From: an uncultured Gammaproteobacteria bacterium
Lineage (GTDB): Bacteria > Patescibacteriota > Microgenomatia > UBA10105 > UBA927
Assembly (NCBI GenBank): GCA_964621305.1
Contig: CAZUOM010000005.1
Span: 18,647 to 82,646 of the forward strand
Direction of reading: 5' to 3'
DNA: 64,000 nt
Shown: positions 1-9,786 of the stretch, piece after piece
How positions within the stretch are numbered: position 1 is the first letter of the stretch
How the letters are laid out: each line of letters opens with the position of its first letter
Made by a program: the position numbers and the translations under genes
The notes under the pieces: model-generated
Seen by the model: only the letters and a program-made list of their open reading frames with translations
What the model was told of the DNA's origin: nothing
Databases searched by the model: none

Positions 1-18
1 TTTTGTAGGTGTCTATAA

Positions 19-1125
19 TCATGTCTTTTTCACCACAAACTTCTCGTCCAATCTTTTCAGGTTTTCTACCACCCCTGTGTACTCCAGCTCATCCATACCC
101 GCCATGGCCGGTCCGTAGAAGCCCTGACGGCGCATTTCGAGGGTTTTCTCAGTTGCTTTAGCGCGGATGGCGTCCCAGAATGGCTGGTCGAAGAGGTCGA
201 CGGCCTCAGTTAGCTTTCCCTCGTGAACACAGTAGCCGGCTGCAGAAACAATAGTGGGGCCGTCAAAATAGGAAATGATCGTGCCCTGTTTAACTGGCAT
301 CACAGCCACGTGGTGACTTCCTCGATTGTCGCCAAGCGTGTAATGAGCAAGCGACCACGGCGAAAGAATCTCACCAGTCGATGGAAATTGTTTCTGTGAT
401 CGAACGATAGCAACGGGATCGTCTTTACCTACGTATTTTCCCGCGATGTTGTGAAGGCGACTGGTCGATGCGACAGCTGCTTGTAATCCTGATTTGTTTT
501 CCCAAACGCTTTCAATAACGTAGTGATTAGGATCTCGTAGAAGTGTACAAAGGTCGTAATAATCTTGCGGGGCCGTGAGCGTAATTGTTCTATCTGCATC
601 TGTGTAATTAACGTCCATGATTGTAAACCTAAATCCTGCACTCATATCTGGAGCCAAAAGAAGGCCAGCATTGTGGTATGGACTTGCATGCGCCTCAAAC
701 AGCGGATAGTTAAATACCCCAGGCCCGCACTTGTCAGCGGCAAAGACTATAAATGGTTCTGCAGGGCGCTCTTCAAACTCCATCTCTGACGATCCCGGGC
801 CCATTCCTCGGACGTTGCCTGAAAAAGCGTCTTTGAGAAGATCCTGACCTGCGCCATAAAGGCCCTGCGACTTAGCTATTTTTGTCGTCTCCACAAAAGT
901 ATCCCATGCTAATTTATGAATATCAGCATTATCGACACCTCTGGTATGAGTCATAAGAAGCGCGATGTCGTCGCCAGTAAACGTAACACGGCTGTCGATG
1001 AGCAATCCTTTGCTGATGGCTTGGGTTTGAAATTCTTTCGCCTTTTCAAGCATGGCTTCGCTGGGCCTGTTGTGGCCACCGATAGAGCCGGTATCTGCTT
1101 TTATTATAGAAAGTGTTATTTTCAT
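19..1125 (-). CDS. fbp: fructose-1,6-bisphosphate aldolase/phosphatase (archaeal-type, class V FBPase)
   Basis: 368 aa; N-terminus MKITLSIIKADTGSIGGH matches the conserved start of the bifunctional FBP aldolase/phosphatase family; first gene of a gluconeogenic operon. Confidence 0.75.
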   Translation of the reverse strand: MKITLSIIKADTGSIGGHNRPSEAMLEKAKEFQTQAISKGLLIDSRVTFTGDDIALLMTHTRGVDNADIHKLAWDTFVETTKIAKSQGLYGAGQDLLKDAFSGNVRGMGPGSSEMEFEERPAEPFIVFAADKCGPGVFNYPLFEAHASPYHNAGLLLAPDMSAGFRFTIMDVNYTDADRTITLTAPQDYYDLCTLLRDPNHYVIESVWENKSGLQAAVASTSRLHNIAGKYVGKDDPVAIVRSQKQFPSTGEILSPWSLAHYTLGDNRGSHHVAVMPVKQGTIISYFDGPTIVSAAGYCVHEGKLTEAVDLFDQPFWDAIRAKATEKTLEMRRQGFYGPAMAGMDELEYTGVVENLKRLDEKFVVKKT

Positions 1126-1135
1126 CTCATTTTAT

Positions 1136-2773
1136 TTAACCATTCCCCAAAAAATCTTGCAAGAGGTTGTTTCCGGTCATATCAGTTGGGATAGGTATCC
1201 CCATGTGCGAAAGGATTGTTGGGGCAACATCTCCAAGTTTTCCTTTGGGTAAACTATATCCAAAGCCTTGAAATTTTTTCTGGATGATCATAAGTGGCAC
1301 GGGATATGTCGAGTGTTCGGTGTCCATGCTGCCATCAGCTGTAAGCATCTCCTCAACGTTTCCATGGTCAGCCGTGATAAAGCATGTTCCGTCCATAGCC
1401 AATGCCTGACTGACTATCTCACCTACACATCTGTCTGTTGCTTCACAGGCTTTTATGGCTGCAGCGATATTTCCAGTATGAGCTACCATATCCGGACAAG
1501 CGATGTTAACCACGCTAAATGCATACACACCGAGCTTGAGACGGTCGATCAGACGATCAGTGAGCTCGTAGGTAGACATCTCAGGCATTAAGTCGTATGT
1601 CGTTATATGGGGTGAGGGAATGATAATTCGATCTTCTCCAGGATATGCATCTTCATGTAGTCCATTAAAATAATACGTAACAAATCGCTCTTTCTCTGAT
1701 TCTGCAGCGCGCAGCTGTCTCAATTTATGATCAGCAATCACCCGACCAAGAGAATTATGAATCTGCTCAGGTGGAAATGCAACCATAACGGGAAGATTAC
1801 GCTCATATTCTGTCATCGAGACAAAAAAAAGAGAACTTAATACTTTGTGGCGGAAAAACGGCCTGCGCCCAGCGGGTTCAAGAGTATGTTTGTGTACATA
1901 TTTGATCGTATACGGATCGAATGCCATCGACGTTTTTACTTCAAAGTCAGGCAATACAAATGCACGAGTAAGTTGTCGCGGTCGATCGATACGATAATTA
2001 AAAAAAATGACGGCATCGTTATTATCTATCCGGGGCCTCGCAATACCCGTCTCATCGAGAATTATAGTTGGTTCGACGAACTCGTCAGTTACACCAGAGG
2101 CGTAAGATCGCTCCAATGCCTCGCGGGCGCTTTTCGCCGTTCGGGATGTACTCTCCGTCAGCGCCACATAGGCTTTTTCGGTGCGATCCCAGCGACAATC
2201 TCGATCCATAGCATAATACCGGCCAGTAATAGTTGAAACGACTCCGATTCCCATCGTCGTACAAGTTTCTTCTAGTTCGTTGATGAAACGAAGCCCAGCC
2301 TGTGGAGGAGAATCTCGCCCATCTGTTATTACATGCAAATAGACCGGTCGAAAGCAATTATGTTGTTTTACCATCTCTAACAAAGAATATAGATGGTCCC
2401 TACTAGAGTGAACTCCGCCATCGCTTAACAAGCCTATAATATGGAGTGAAGACTCATGATTATTTACATGAGCGATAGCTGCTGCAAAAGCCCCATTTCG
2501 ATAATAACTTCCATCGGCAATCGACATATTTATTTTTGGTAGATCCTGCAAAACGACACGCCCCGCACCAATGTTTACGTGGCCTGTTTCCGTGTTTCCA
2601 TCTTCGTTCGGTGGCAAACCGACGCCTTCCCCCGATGCAATGAGTTCACTGTGCGGATAGCTTTGCCACAATGAAGGAATCGCGGTAAGGTTTGCTTGCG
2701 ATATCGCATTCCCTGGGCCAGAAGGTGCTATTCCCCAACCGTCGAGGATGATAAGAATAGTAGGTTTAACCAT
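1136..2773 (-). CDS. gpmI: 2,3-bisphosphoglycerate-independent phosphoglycerate mutase
   Basis: 545 aa; N-terminal ILDGWG motif and overall length typical of iPGM; adjacent to enolase. Confidence 0.85.
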   Translation of the reverse strand: MVKPTILIILDGWGIAPSGPGNAISQANLTAIPSLWQSYPHSELIASGEGVGLPPNEDGNTETGHVNIGAGRVVLQDLPKINMSIADGSYYRNGAFAAAIAHVNNHESSLHIIGLLSDGGVHSSRDHLYSLLEMVKQHNCFRPVYLHVITDGRDSPPQAGLRFINELEETCTTMGIGVVSTITGRYYAMDRDCRWDRTEKAYVALTESTSRTAKSAREALERSYASGVTDEFVEPTIILDETGIARPRIDNNDAVIFFNYRIDRPRQLTRAFVLPDFEVKTSMAFDPYTIKYVHKHTLEPAGRRPFFRHKVLSSLFFVSMTEYERNLPVMVAFPPEQIHNSLGRVIADHKLRQLRAAESEKERFVTYYFNGLHEDAYPGEDRIIIPSPHITTYDLMPEMSTYELTDRLIDRLKLGVYAFSVVNIACPDMVAHTGNIAAAIKACEATDRCVGEIVSQALAMDGTCFITADHGNVEEMLTADGSMDTEHSTYPVPLMIIQKKFQGFGYSLPKGKLGDVAPTILSHMGIPIPTDMTGNNLLQDFLGNG

Positions 2774-4044
2774 TATTTACCCAAAAACAACTCTGATTCT
2801 ATTTGTAGTAACCGATTATATTTGGCGACGCGTTCACCCCGTGCTGGCGCCCCAAATTTGACGTAATCGCACTGGACGGCAACAGCCAAATCAGCAATAA
2901 ACGCATCATTGGTCTCTGCGCTGCGATGTGAAACAATGGTTGAAAGTCCGGCATTTTTTGCTTTGGTCACTACCTGAAGGTATTCAGACAGCGTGCCGAT
3001 TTGGTTTGGCTTAAGAAGCACGGCAGAACAGGCTTTTTGCGCAATAGCTTGATCGAGACGAGTAGCATTAGTGGCAACCAAATCATCACCAATAATGAGT
3101 ATTTCTTTTCCTATTTCAGCAGTCATTATCTTCCAACCTTCCCAATCATCTTCATCTAACGGATCCTCCAAAAGTAGAAGTCGATATTGACGATGAAGGT
3201 CAATAAGATACTTGGCAAAATCTTTTGGCGCAAGCTCTTGAGGTTTATCCTTGATGCGGTAGCCTGATGGCGTTTTAAAATGACTGGCGGCAACGTCCAC
3301 GCCCAAAAAAACATCAACGCCAAAAGTGTATGGAGATTGTTTGATGGCATCCAGTAGCAAGGCAAAAGCCTCCAGATTGGTAAAGAGATTGGGAGCAAAA
3401 CCTCCCTCGTCACCTACGGAATGAACGGCGTTGCGGTAAATCAAAATGTCATTGAGGACATGATCAAGCTCCGCCCCCATCCGGAGGGCAGCATGATACG
3501 GCTTGTTTGTCGCTGGCACGACATGGAACTCTTGAAAGTCCAAATTGCCCGCCCCGTGTTTTCCGCCGTTGATAAGATTTAGTATTGGTGTGGGAATCCG
3601 CTTGATGGGTGTCGGCAGAAGTGTAGCAAAAAGCGAATTTAAGTATGCATACAGCGGACTGCGCTCCTGCGCCGCAGCAGCAGTAGCCACAGCCAATGAA
3701 ACCGAAAGAATGGCATTTGCCCCTAGCCTAGCTTTATTTGGCGTGCCATCGAGCTGGATCATGGCAGAATCGATAGCGCCTTGATTTAGTCCGTCCATGC
3801 CACGTATCTTCGGCCCGATGATCGTGTTGACGTTGTTGACTGCTGAAAGTACCCCCATGCCGCCGTAGCGCTTCATGTCCTTGTCCCTAAGCTCCACCGC
3901 CTCGTAGGTGCCTATCGAGGCCCCTGCCGGCACGGAAGAAACACCGCGGTAGCCGCTTTCAAAAACCACCATCGTTTCAACAGTCGGGTTGCCGCGAGAG
4001 TCTAGGATCTCGCGAGCAATGACGGCGTAAATTTTTGATGACAT
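2773..4044 (-). CDS. eno: enolase (phosphopyruvate hydratase)
   Basis: 423 aa; N-terminus IYAVIAREILDSRGNPTVE is the canonical enolase start; stop/start overlap with gpmI. Confidence 0.95.
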   Translation of the reverse strand: MSSKIYAVIAREILDSRGNPTVETMVVFESGYRGVSSVPAGASIGTYEAVELRDKDMKRYGGMGVLSAVNNVNTIIGPKIRGMDGLNQGAIDSAMIQLDGTPNKARLGANAILSVSLAVATAAAAQERSPLYAYLNSLFATLLPTPIKRIPTPILNLINGGKHGAGNLDFQEFHVVPATNKPYHAALRMGAELDHVLNDILIYRNAVHSVGDEGGFAPNLFTNLEAFALLLDAIKQSPYTFGVDVFLGVDVAASHFKTPSGYRIKDKPQELAPKDFAKYLIDLHRQYRLLLLEDPLDEDDWEGWKIMTAEIGKEILIIGDDLVATNATRLDQAIAQKACSAVLLKPNQIGTLSEYLQVVTKAKNAGLSTIVSHRSAETNDAFIADLAVAVQCDYVKFGAPARGERVAKYNRLLQIESELFLGK

Positions 4045-4049
4045 ACATT

Positions 4050-4110
4050 AAGTTATAAAGTTTATAAAGTTAAAAGTCCTTAAAGTAAAAGCTTTATAAC
4101 TTTATAACTT
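4050..4110. repeat. AT-rich ~20-bp inverted repeat (hairpin) in the eno-ppsA spacer; right arm overlaps the ppsA stop codon
   Basis: aagttataaagtttataaagtt ... aagctttataactttataactt are near-perfect reverse complements (one indel), loop ~17 nt; no U-tract follows on either strand. Confidence 0.6.
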
Positions 4111-6391
4111 TATTAACTATTTTGTTTTCCGCCTGATAAACAGTTTCTCTTACGTGATCTACGGCATCCGGGTTTACCGAGACGCTTGTGATGCCCCAAC
4201 TGACAAGTTTTTCAACGAGCTCCGGATAATCTGACGGCGCTTGCCCGCAGATAGAGCTAGTAACTGCGCGTTTGGCACAGGTTTTGATAGTACGTTCAAA
4301 CGCCCACAGGACTGCATCATCAACTTCGTAAAAGTCTTTGGCTACCTCGCTATTGTCTCGATCCGTGCCCAGTATGAGCATGGTTAAATCATTGGAGCCA
4401 ATGGAAACACCATCAATCCCGATGTCAAGGTATTTTTCAATCAAAATGGCATTTGTCGGGACTTCGACCATCATCCACAAACGAAATGTTGATGAGCGAC
4501 AGAGCCCGGATCCTGTGACGATTTTCTTAACCTCCAAAAGTTCTCTGGGCGAACGCACAAATGGTATCATCAAAGAAAGATTCTTCAGTCCGTGCTTGTT
4601 GCGAACCGCTTTGATTGCTTCCAGCTCCAACTCAAACACCCGAGGATCGGCAATATAGCGCGCCGCACCGCGGTACCCGAGCATGGGGTTTTCTTCTTTA
4701 GGTTCGTACTTTTCCCCACCTTTGAGGTCTCGGAACTCATTGGTGCGAAAGTCGCTGGCCCGGTACACAACCGGCCGGGGATGAAACGCCTCACAAATCG
4801 TAGTCATCCCGGAAGATAAACGGTTGATAAAAAATACTTCTTTCCTTTCGTCGATAAGTTTCCTTGGGTGGGTACCTATTTGAGCCATCATAAACTCCGC
4901 GCGTAAGAGCCCCACGCCATCTACATTCATTTTTGCCACTTCTTTTGCACGATCCGGTTGAGCCAGGTTGACGTAGACATGGGTAGCGGTTTTTAAGTTC
5001 TTCCTGAAAACACCTTTGGCGATTGGGTTTTGGGTTCCACCTTCTCTTTTCACAACTCCTCGATATATCTCCCCCATCGATCCATTGACCGTTATTACCA
5101 AACCGTCTTTGAGCAGTTTCCTTGCTCCAGTTGCGCCAACGACACACGGGATACCCAGTTCCCTAGAGACGATGGCCGCATGAGACGTTCTACCTCCCTG
5201 TTCTGTGACAATTGCAACGACCTTCCTCATAACGGGAACATAATCCGGGTTGGTCATTTCTGCTACCAATACGCTGCCAAATTTTACTCTGTGCAGTTGG
5301 TTGGGAGACGAAAGTTGAGCCACCGGTCCGCTGCCAATACCCGGACTTGCCGCATCGCCCTTCAGCAGCAAAGCTGCTTCAGGGTAAACCCTCTGTGTTG
5401 CTTGCCCTGAACCCCGTTCTGCGGGGTGAAGGGTTGTTATCGGCCTCGTCTGCACTAAATATATCTTTTTTTTCTCAATGGCCCATTCGGCGTCCTGAGG
5501 AAAAAAATAGTGATGTTCCAATTTTTTGGCCAATACGGCAAGCTCAAGAATCTCCGCATCGGTCAATTTCTGCTTACTTCCCAGTGTTTTTGTTATCCTG
5601 GTTTCCACGTTTTTACTACCCTTTCGCGCGAGCATCAAATCCTGCGTGCGGGTCTGTTTAACTAAGATCGTTAACTTCTTTTTATCTACTTCATAGTGAT
5701 CAGGCGTCACGGCGCCCTGGACGATCATTTCTCCGAGTCCGTAAATTGCTTCAATGACAATTTTTGATTTATCGTTAGTTACCGGATCGATCGTAAACAT
5801 GATACCTGATTTCTCCGACTCAACCATTTTTTGTACTGGAACGGCAATACCAACCTTAAAGTGATCAAAATTGTTCGTTGCTCTGTAAAATATCGCTCGT
5901 GCAGTAAAAAGCGACGCCCAGCACTCCTTTACTTTTTCAATGAGGTTAGCTTCACCCTCTACGTTGAGAAACGTCGCCTGCTGGCCGGCAAATGACGCAT
6001 TCGGTAAGTCCTCAGCGGTCGCTGATGAGCGTACGGCAACGAGGGGATGTTTAAAGACACCGTCGCCGCCAAGTTTAAAGTAGACTCGAATTATTTCTTG
6101 TGCGATCGATTTAGGAAATTCGAAGCGCGTGATAAAATGCTGGATATTTTTTGAAGCTTTCTCAAGGGCTTTACTATCGCTTACCTCTAATCCTTCTAGT
6201 TCCTTCTTAATCCTCTTTTCTAGCTGGTTATGATTTAGGAAATCCTGGTAAGCCTTTACAGTTACGATAAAACCAGGAGGCACTGGGAATCCGGCCTTTG
6301 TCATCTCGCCAAGATTTGCTCCCTTTCCGCCGACGATATCTACGTCTTCGCGATCAACCTCATTAAACCAAACAACATACTTTGCGGGCAT
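4094..6391 (-). CDS. ppsA: phosphoenolpyruvate synthase (pyruvate, water dikinase)
   Basis: 765 aa; N-terminal GGKGANLGEM ATP-grasp motif, central phosphohistidine domain (GGRTSHAAIVSRELGIP) and C-terminal PEP-utilising domain; length fits PEP synthase rather than PPDK. Confidence 0.8.
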   Translation of the reverse strand: MPAKYVVWFNEVDREDVDIVGGKGANLGEMTKAGFPVPPGFIVTVKAYQDFLNHNQLEKRIKKELEGLEVSDSKALEKASKNIQHFITRFEFPKSIAQEIIRVYFKLGGDGVFKHPLVAVRSSATAEDLPNASFAGQQATFLNVEGEANLIEKVKECWASLFTARAIFYRATNNFDHFKVGIAVPVQKMVESEKSGIMFTIDPVTNDKSKIVIEAIYGLGEMIVQGAVTPDHYEVDKKKLTILVKQTRTQDLMLARKGSKNVETRITKTLGSKQKLTDAEILELAVLAKKLEHHYFFPQDAEWAIEKKKIYLVQTRPITTLHPAERGSGQATQRVYPEAALLLKGDAASPGIGSGPVAQLSSPNQLHRVKFGSVLVAEMTNPDYVPVMRKVVAIVTEQGGRTSHAAIVSRELGIPCVVGATGARKLLKDGLVITVNGSMGEIYRGVVKREGGTQNPIAKGVFRKNLKTATHVYVNLAQPDRAKEVAKMNVDGVGLLRAEFMMAQIGTHPRKLIDERKEVFFINRLSSGMTTICEAFHPRPVVYRASDFRTNEFRDLKGGEKYEPKEENPMLGYRGAARYIADPRVFELELEAIKAVRNKHGLKNLSLMIPFVRSPRELLEVKKIVTGSGLCRSSTFRLWMMVEVPTNAILIEKYLDIGIDGVSIGSNDLTMLILGTDRDNSEVAKDFYEVDDAVLWAFERTIKTCAKRAVTSSICGQAPSDYPELVEKLVSWGITSVSVNPDAVDHVRETVYQAENKIVNKVIKL

Positions 6392-6424
6392 GAAATAAGT
6401 ATGAAGAGTTATTTGCGACTTTAC

Positions 6425-6460
6425 AAGGTCTCACCTTGCAGTATTGCAAGGCGAGACCTT
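6425..6460. repeat. 36-nt palindromic element (AAGGTCTCACC...GAGACCTT), intergenic copy between ppsA and pgi
   Basis: aaggtctcaccttgcagtattgcaaggcgagacctt folds as a hairpin; a second 36-nt copy with the same termini and compensatory interior changes lies at 58854..58889. Confidence 0.6.
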
Positions 6461-6466
6461 AAGAAA

Positions 6467-7540
6467 TTAAGTCTTTGCCAGTTCTGCCTTGAAATAGTCA
6501 ACCCAAGGGATTTTGCTGGGATTGATGTCGTAGAGCATTGACATGTAGTAGTTTACGTAAGCGCCAAACTGGATACATTCGAACACTTGCGCGACTTTTG
6601 TCTTCGACTCTGGGACAAATTCCTCTATATGCATTCCCTGCTTTCGCACGACATCCTTGGTTATTGCGACTCTCTTTTCAATAACCTCTGAATAAAGATT
6701 AGACGTGAGAAATAAAAACGTAAGTATTTGTTTATTCTTGTTTGGAAATGTGAGTGCCTCCATCAGGTGGTGGTTGAGCTCTGGTATGTCATGGTAGGCT
6801 GCAAACGCTTTAGCACACTCATGGAATTGATTGCGAATGACCCGGCCAACCTGCAATAAAAATTCTGCTGAGACGATAATCGGTATTTTCTCAAACCACG
6901 TAAGTGCCAACTGCTTAGCGGAGTTGCTTGTCGTGGGCACAGAAAGTCCAAAAGATCTGTTTCCCTTATCGGCAACCGCTTCAATATCGCCGCTATCTTT
7001 ATCTGAAAGCGAAATAAAACCAAGGCTATTGATAATAGCCATCTGACCGTATACGGTATAACCTGTACCAAGACGCGGCTGTGCTGACGGATTATAAAGC
7101 GGATTAAAAATATATGCCGGGACTTTAAAGCTTGCGAAAACATCTCCAAGTGTCTTTCCGATGGTAATACCGGTCAATTGTGCGTTTTTTTCTCCGGCTT
7201 CCTTGGCGCAGGCAATCGCCTCTTCGGTAGTTCCCGAGTAGCTGCAAACTATCACCAAGGAATCTTTGTTAACGTAGGGCGGCAAATGATAGCCGTTAAT
7301 AATTTCAAATGGTACTTTCAATTCATCGAAAAAAAGCGATTTGATAACATAGGCGCCCAGTGCCGACCCACCCATGCCGGCAAACACAATGTTTTTTACG
7401 TTTCTGTAAAAGTCCGGAAACCGGATTTTTTTAACGTCTTCCCACGCCTGCTGACACTGTTTTCCTAAGAGTTCAATCGACCCCAAAACATTTTCCTCAT
7501 CAAGCCTATTAACCGCAGCAATATCATCAAGATTTTGCAT
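6467..7540 (-). CDS. bifunctional phosphoglucose/phosphomannose isomerase (SIS-domain, archaeal-type PGI/PMI)
   Basis: 357 aa; SIS-domain signatures (VFAGMGGSALGA, VIVCSYSGTTEE); size and architecture of the archaeal-type PGI/PMI family. Confidence 0.7.
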   Translation of the reverse strand: MQNLDDIAAVNRLDEENVLGSIELLGKQCQQAWEDVKKIRFPDFYRNVKNIVFAGMGGSALGAYVIKSLFFDELKVPFEIINGYHLPPYVNKDSLVIVCSYSGTTEEAIACAKEAGEKNAQLTGITIGKTLGDVFASFKVPAYIFNPLYNPSAQPRLGTGYTVYGQMAIINSLGFISLSDKDSGDIEAVADKGNRSFGLSVPTTSNSAKQLALTWFEKIPIIVSAEFLLQVGRVIRNQFHECAKAFAAYHDIPELNHHLMEALTFPNKNKQILTFLFLTSNLYSEVIEKRVAITKDVVRKQGMHIEEFVPESKTKVAQVFECIQFGAYVNYYMSMLYDINPSKIPWVDYFKAELAKT

Positions 7541-7552
7541 ATCGCTAATGTA

Positions 7553-8368
7553 CTACGGACTCAATCCAATAATCCTCAATAATTGTTCGTGGATTTTTCC
7601 GTTGCTAGCCAGAATTCCTCCTGACAGGTTGTGATTTTTCAATGGATACCCGCTCCAGTCAGTCACGGTTCCGCCTGCTTCAGCCACAAGCAACAAACCG
7701 GATGCAATATCATGCCATTTGTTTACGTTTGCGCAAATAATATGCGCGTCAAAGACTCCTCGCGCAACAAGTCCCAAATGTTTGGCATCATCCCAGCCCG
7801 GCCGGATGCGGTAGACGCATTTAATGAGTTTCTCAAGAAGGTTTGTCGTTCGTGCAATATATGTAGAAGCATTCGATTTCGTAGGCAGATGAAAACCAAC
7901 GAAAGAACGTGCAATATCCGACGTTTGGGATACGGCAATTGGGTTGCCATTCAGTATCGCACCATAATCTTTTGCGCAGCTATAAAGCTCATTATTGGAG
8001 CTCCGACAAATTGCCGCCGCTATAAGTTCTCCTTTCTCCTCAACAGCAAGAAGGCAGTTGTATTCAGTCAAACCCCTTGCGTATTCCTTGGTCCCGTCGA
8101 GTGGATCGACAATCCACAGATAGCCGCTTGCCCCTGTGAGATAACCAGATTCCTCTGATTCTATCGCGTGCACTGGATATTTCTCATGGATGAGAGAAAT
8201 GAGAAGTTTTTCCGCTTCAATATCTGCAGTGGTCGCCAGATCTGCCTCATCTTTCATCTGATATATGGTACTTTCTGCCTGATATTTTTGAAGAAATGCA
8301 ATCGCGCGTTGTGTAAAATCTTCACAATCTTTCTGGAACTGCAGATAGGGTTTATTTTCATTCTTCAT
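7553..8368 (-). CDS. inositol monophosphatase / fructose-1,6-bisphosphatase family protein (SuhB-like)
   Basis: 271 aa; WIVDPLDGTKEY metal-binding motif of the IMPase/FBPase superfamily. Confidence 0.75.
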   Translation of the reverse strand: MKNENKPYLQFQKDCEDFTQRAIAFLQKYQAESTIYQMKDEADLATTADIEAEKLLISLIHEKYPVHAIESEESGYLTGASGYLWIVDPLDGTKEYARGLTEYNCLLAVEEKGELIAAAICRSSNNELYSCAKDYGAILNGNPIAVSQTSDIARSFVGFHLPTKSNASTYIARTTNLLEKLIKCVYRIRPGWDDAKHLGLVARGVFDAHIICANVNKWHDIASGLLLVAEAGGTVTDWSGYPLKNHNLSGGILASNGKIHEQLLRIIGLSP

Positions 8369-9783
8369 TATTCGAGCGCCTTGACGTTAACACCTTTAGT
8401 AAAGTCAATTTCAGGATAGTTGTGCAAAATTTCACTAACCTGTTTTTTGAGCTTATCATATGCTTCTTGGGTTTTGCCTTCAAACTTTACAGTCAAGTAT
8501 GGTCCGTTTTGGGACGCGCGGACGATGAGCATTTCTTCCTTTGTATCCATGCGAATGCCGTCGATTTCGACGTATTTACCCGCCGGATAAAGTTTTTTCA
8601 TTTCTCCGCCTATTTTTTGACTTACAAGGTCAAACTTGACCGCGTCTGGACAGCCGACTTTAATCTCAGGGCTTGAAATGTACTGAGGCAACTCAGAAAC
8701 CGCCTGCTTAAGCGATTTATTTACCCTAGTCAGGTACGCAAGCAACCGAAGCGTACCCATGGCGCCATCATCATGTCCATAAAAATTATCCACGAAAAAG
8801 AAGTGCCCGGAAATCTCTCCACCAAATGCAGCGCCTTCCTCGCGGACTTTAGCTTTAATAAACGAGTGCCCTGTTTTCCACATAACCGGCCTGCCGCCGT
8901 GGCTCTTAATCACCTCATCCACCTGTTTGGAGCAAAGCGTGTTGTAGACAATTTTTGCACCAGGTAAGTAGTCCAAAATATCAATTGAGCAAATTGAAAC
9001 GAATGTATCGTTCCAGATGAGCCCACCCTCTCCATCCACTATGCCGACGCGGTCGCCGTCAGCGTCATAGGAAAATCCAATGTCAGCTTTATCCGCAACG
9101 ACGCGTTTGGCTAACCGTTCCTGAACCTCTCGCTCTGTTGGGTCAGGAGTACCGACGGGAAAGTTGCCATCAGGCTTGGTATGTTGCTCAATTACCGTAC
9201 ACCCAGCTCGTCGTAGAATTTCCGGCAAAAAAAGGCCTGGCGTTGAAGCGCAGGCGTCAACAACAACTTTAAAATTTTTGATGGGGCCGATTCTTCTCAT
9301 TAAATCGTCAACGTATTGCGCAAACACATCCTTCTGGAGGTGTATACCGTTGGGGGCTTTGGCGGTAAATTTGCCACTTTTGACCAAATAGCGAAGCTCG
9401 ATAATTTCCTCCGTCACCATGGTTTCGGAAAATCCCGAGCCGAACTTAAAACCGTTGTATTCCTTAGGGTTATGCGAAGCAGTGATCATGACTAAACCAC
9501 GTGTACGGAATACGTATTGAGCGAAATAGGAAATCTGGGAAAGAGTGATACCGATATCATAAACGGTTATTCCTGATTCGGTCAACCCTTTTACAACAGC
9601 ATCACGAAACGCGGGGCTGCTTGTCCGGCAATCAAATCCTACGACGCAATCAAAAACTCGGCGCTCTAGCAGCCACGTTGCATACCCTCGGGCCAAATAT
9701 TCTACGTTTTCCGTAGTCAATTCTTTATCAACGAGTCCCCGTAAGTCATACCCGCGAAATACATGATCAGGTATAGGCACCAT
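8368..9783 (-). CDS. phosphoglucomutase/phosphomannomutase family protein
   Basis: 471 aa; active-site serine loop TASHNPKEYNGFKF typical of alpha-D-phosphohexomutases. Confidence 0.8.
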   Translation of the reverse strand: MVPIPDHVFRGYDLRGLVDKELTTENVEYLARGYATWLLERRVFDCVVGFDCRTSSPAFRDAVVKGLTESGITVYDIGITLSQISYFAQYVFRTRGLVMITASHNPKEYNGFKFGSGFSETMVTEEIIELRYLVKSGKFTAKAPNGIHLQKDVFAQYVDDLMRRIGPIKNFKVVVDACASTPGLFLPEILRRAGCTVIEQHTKPDGNFPVGTPDPTEREVQERLAKRVVADKADIGFSYDADGDRVGIVDGEGGLIWNDTFVSICSIDILDYLPGAKIVYNTLCSKQVDEVIKSHGGRPVMWKTGHSFIKAKVREEGAAFGGEISGHFFFVDNFYGHDDGAMGTLRLLAYLTRVNKSLKQAVSELPQYISSPEIKVGCPDAVKFDLVSQKIGGEMKKLYPAGKYVEIDGIRMDTKEEMLIVRASQNGPYLTVKFEGKTQEAYDKLKKQVSEILHNYPEIDFTKGVNVKALE

Positions 9784-9786
9784 AAT

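Noticed and set aside
4338-5661. Cluster of 70-126-aa ORFs on both strands inside ppsA, and similar nested ORFs inside carB, dnaE, gatA and atp genes
   Set aside because: They are fully contained in, or antisense to, strongly supported conserved genes, and have low-complexity translations and no independent signals.
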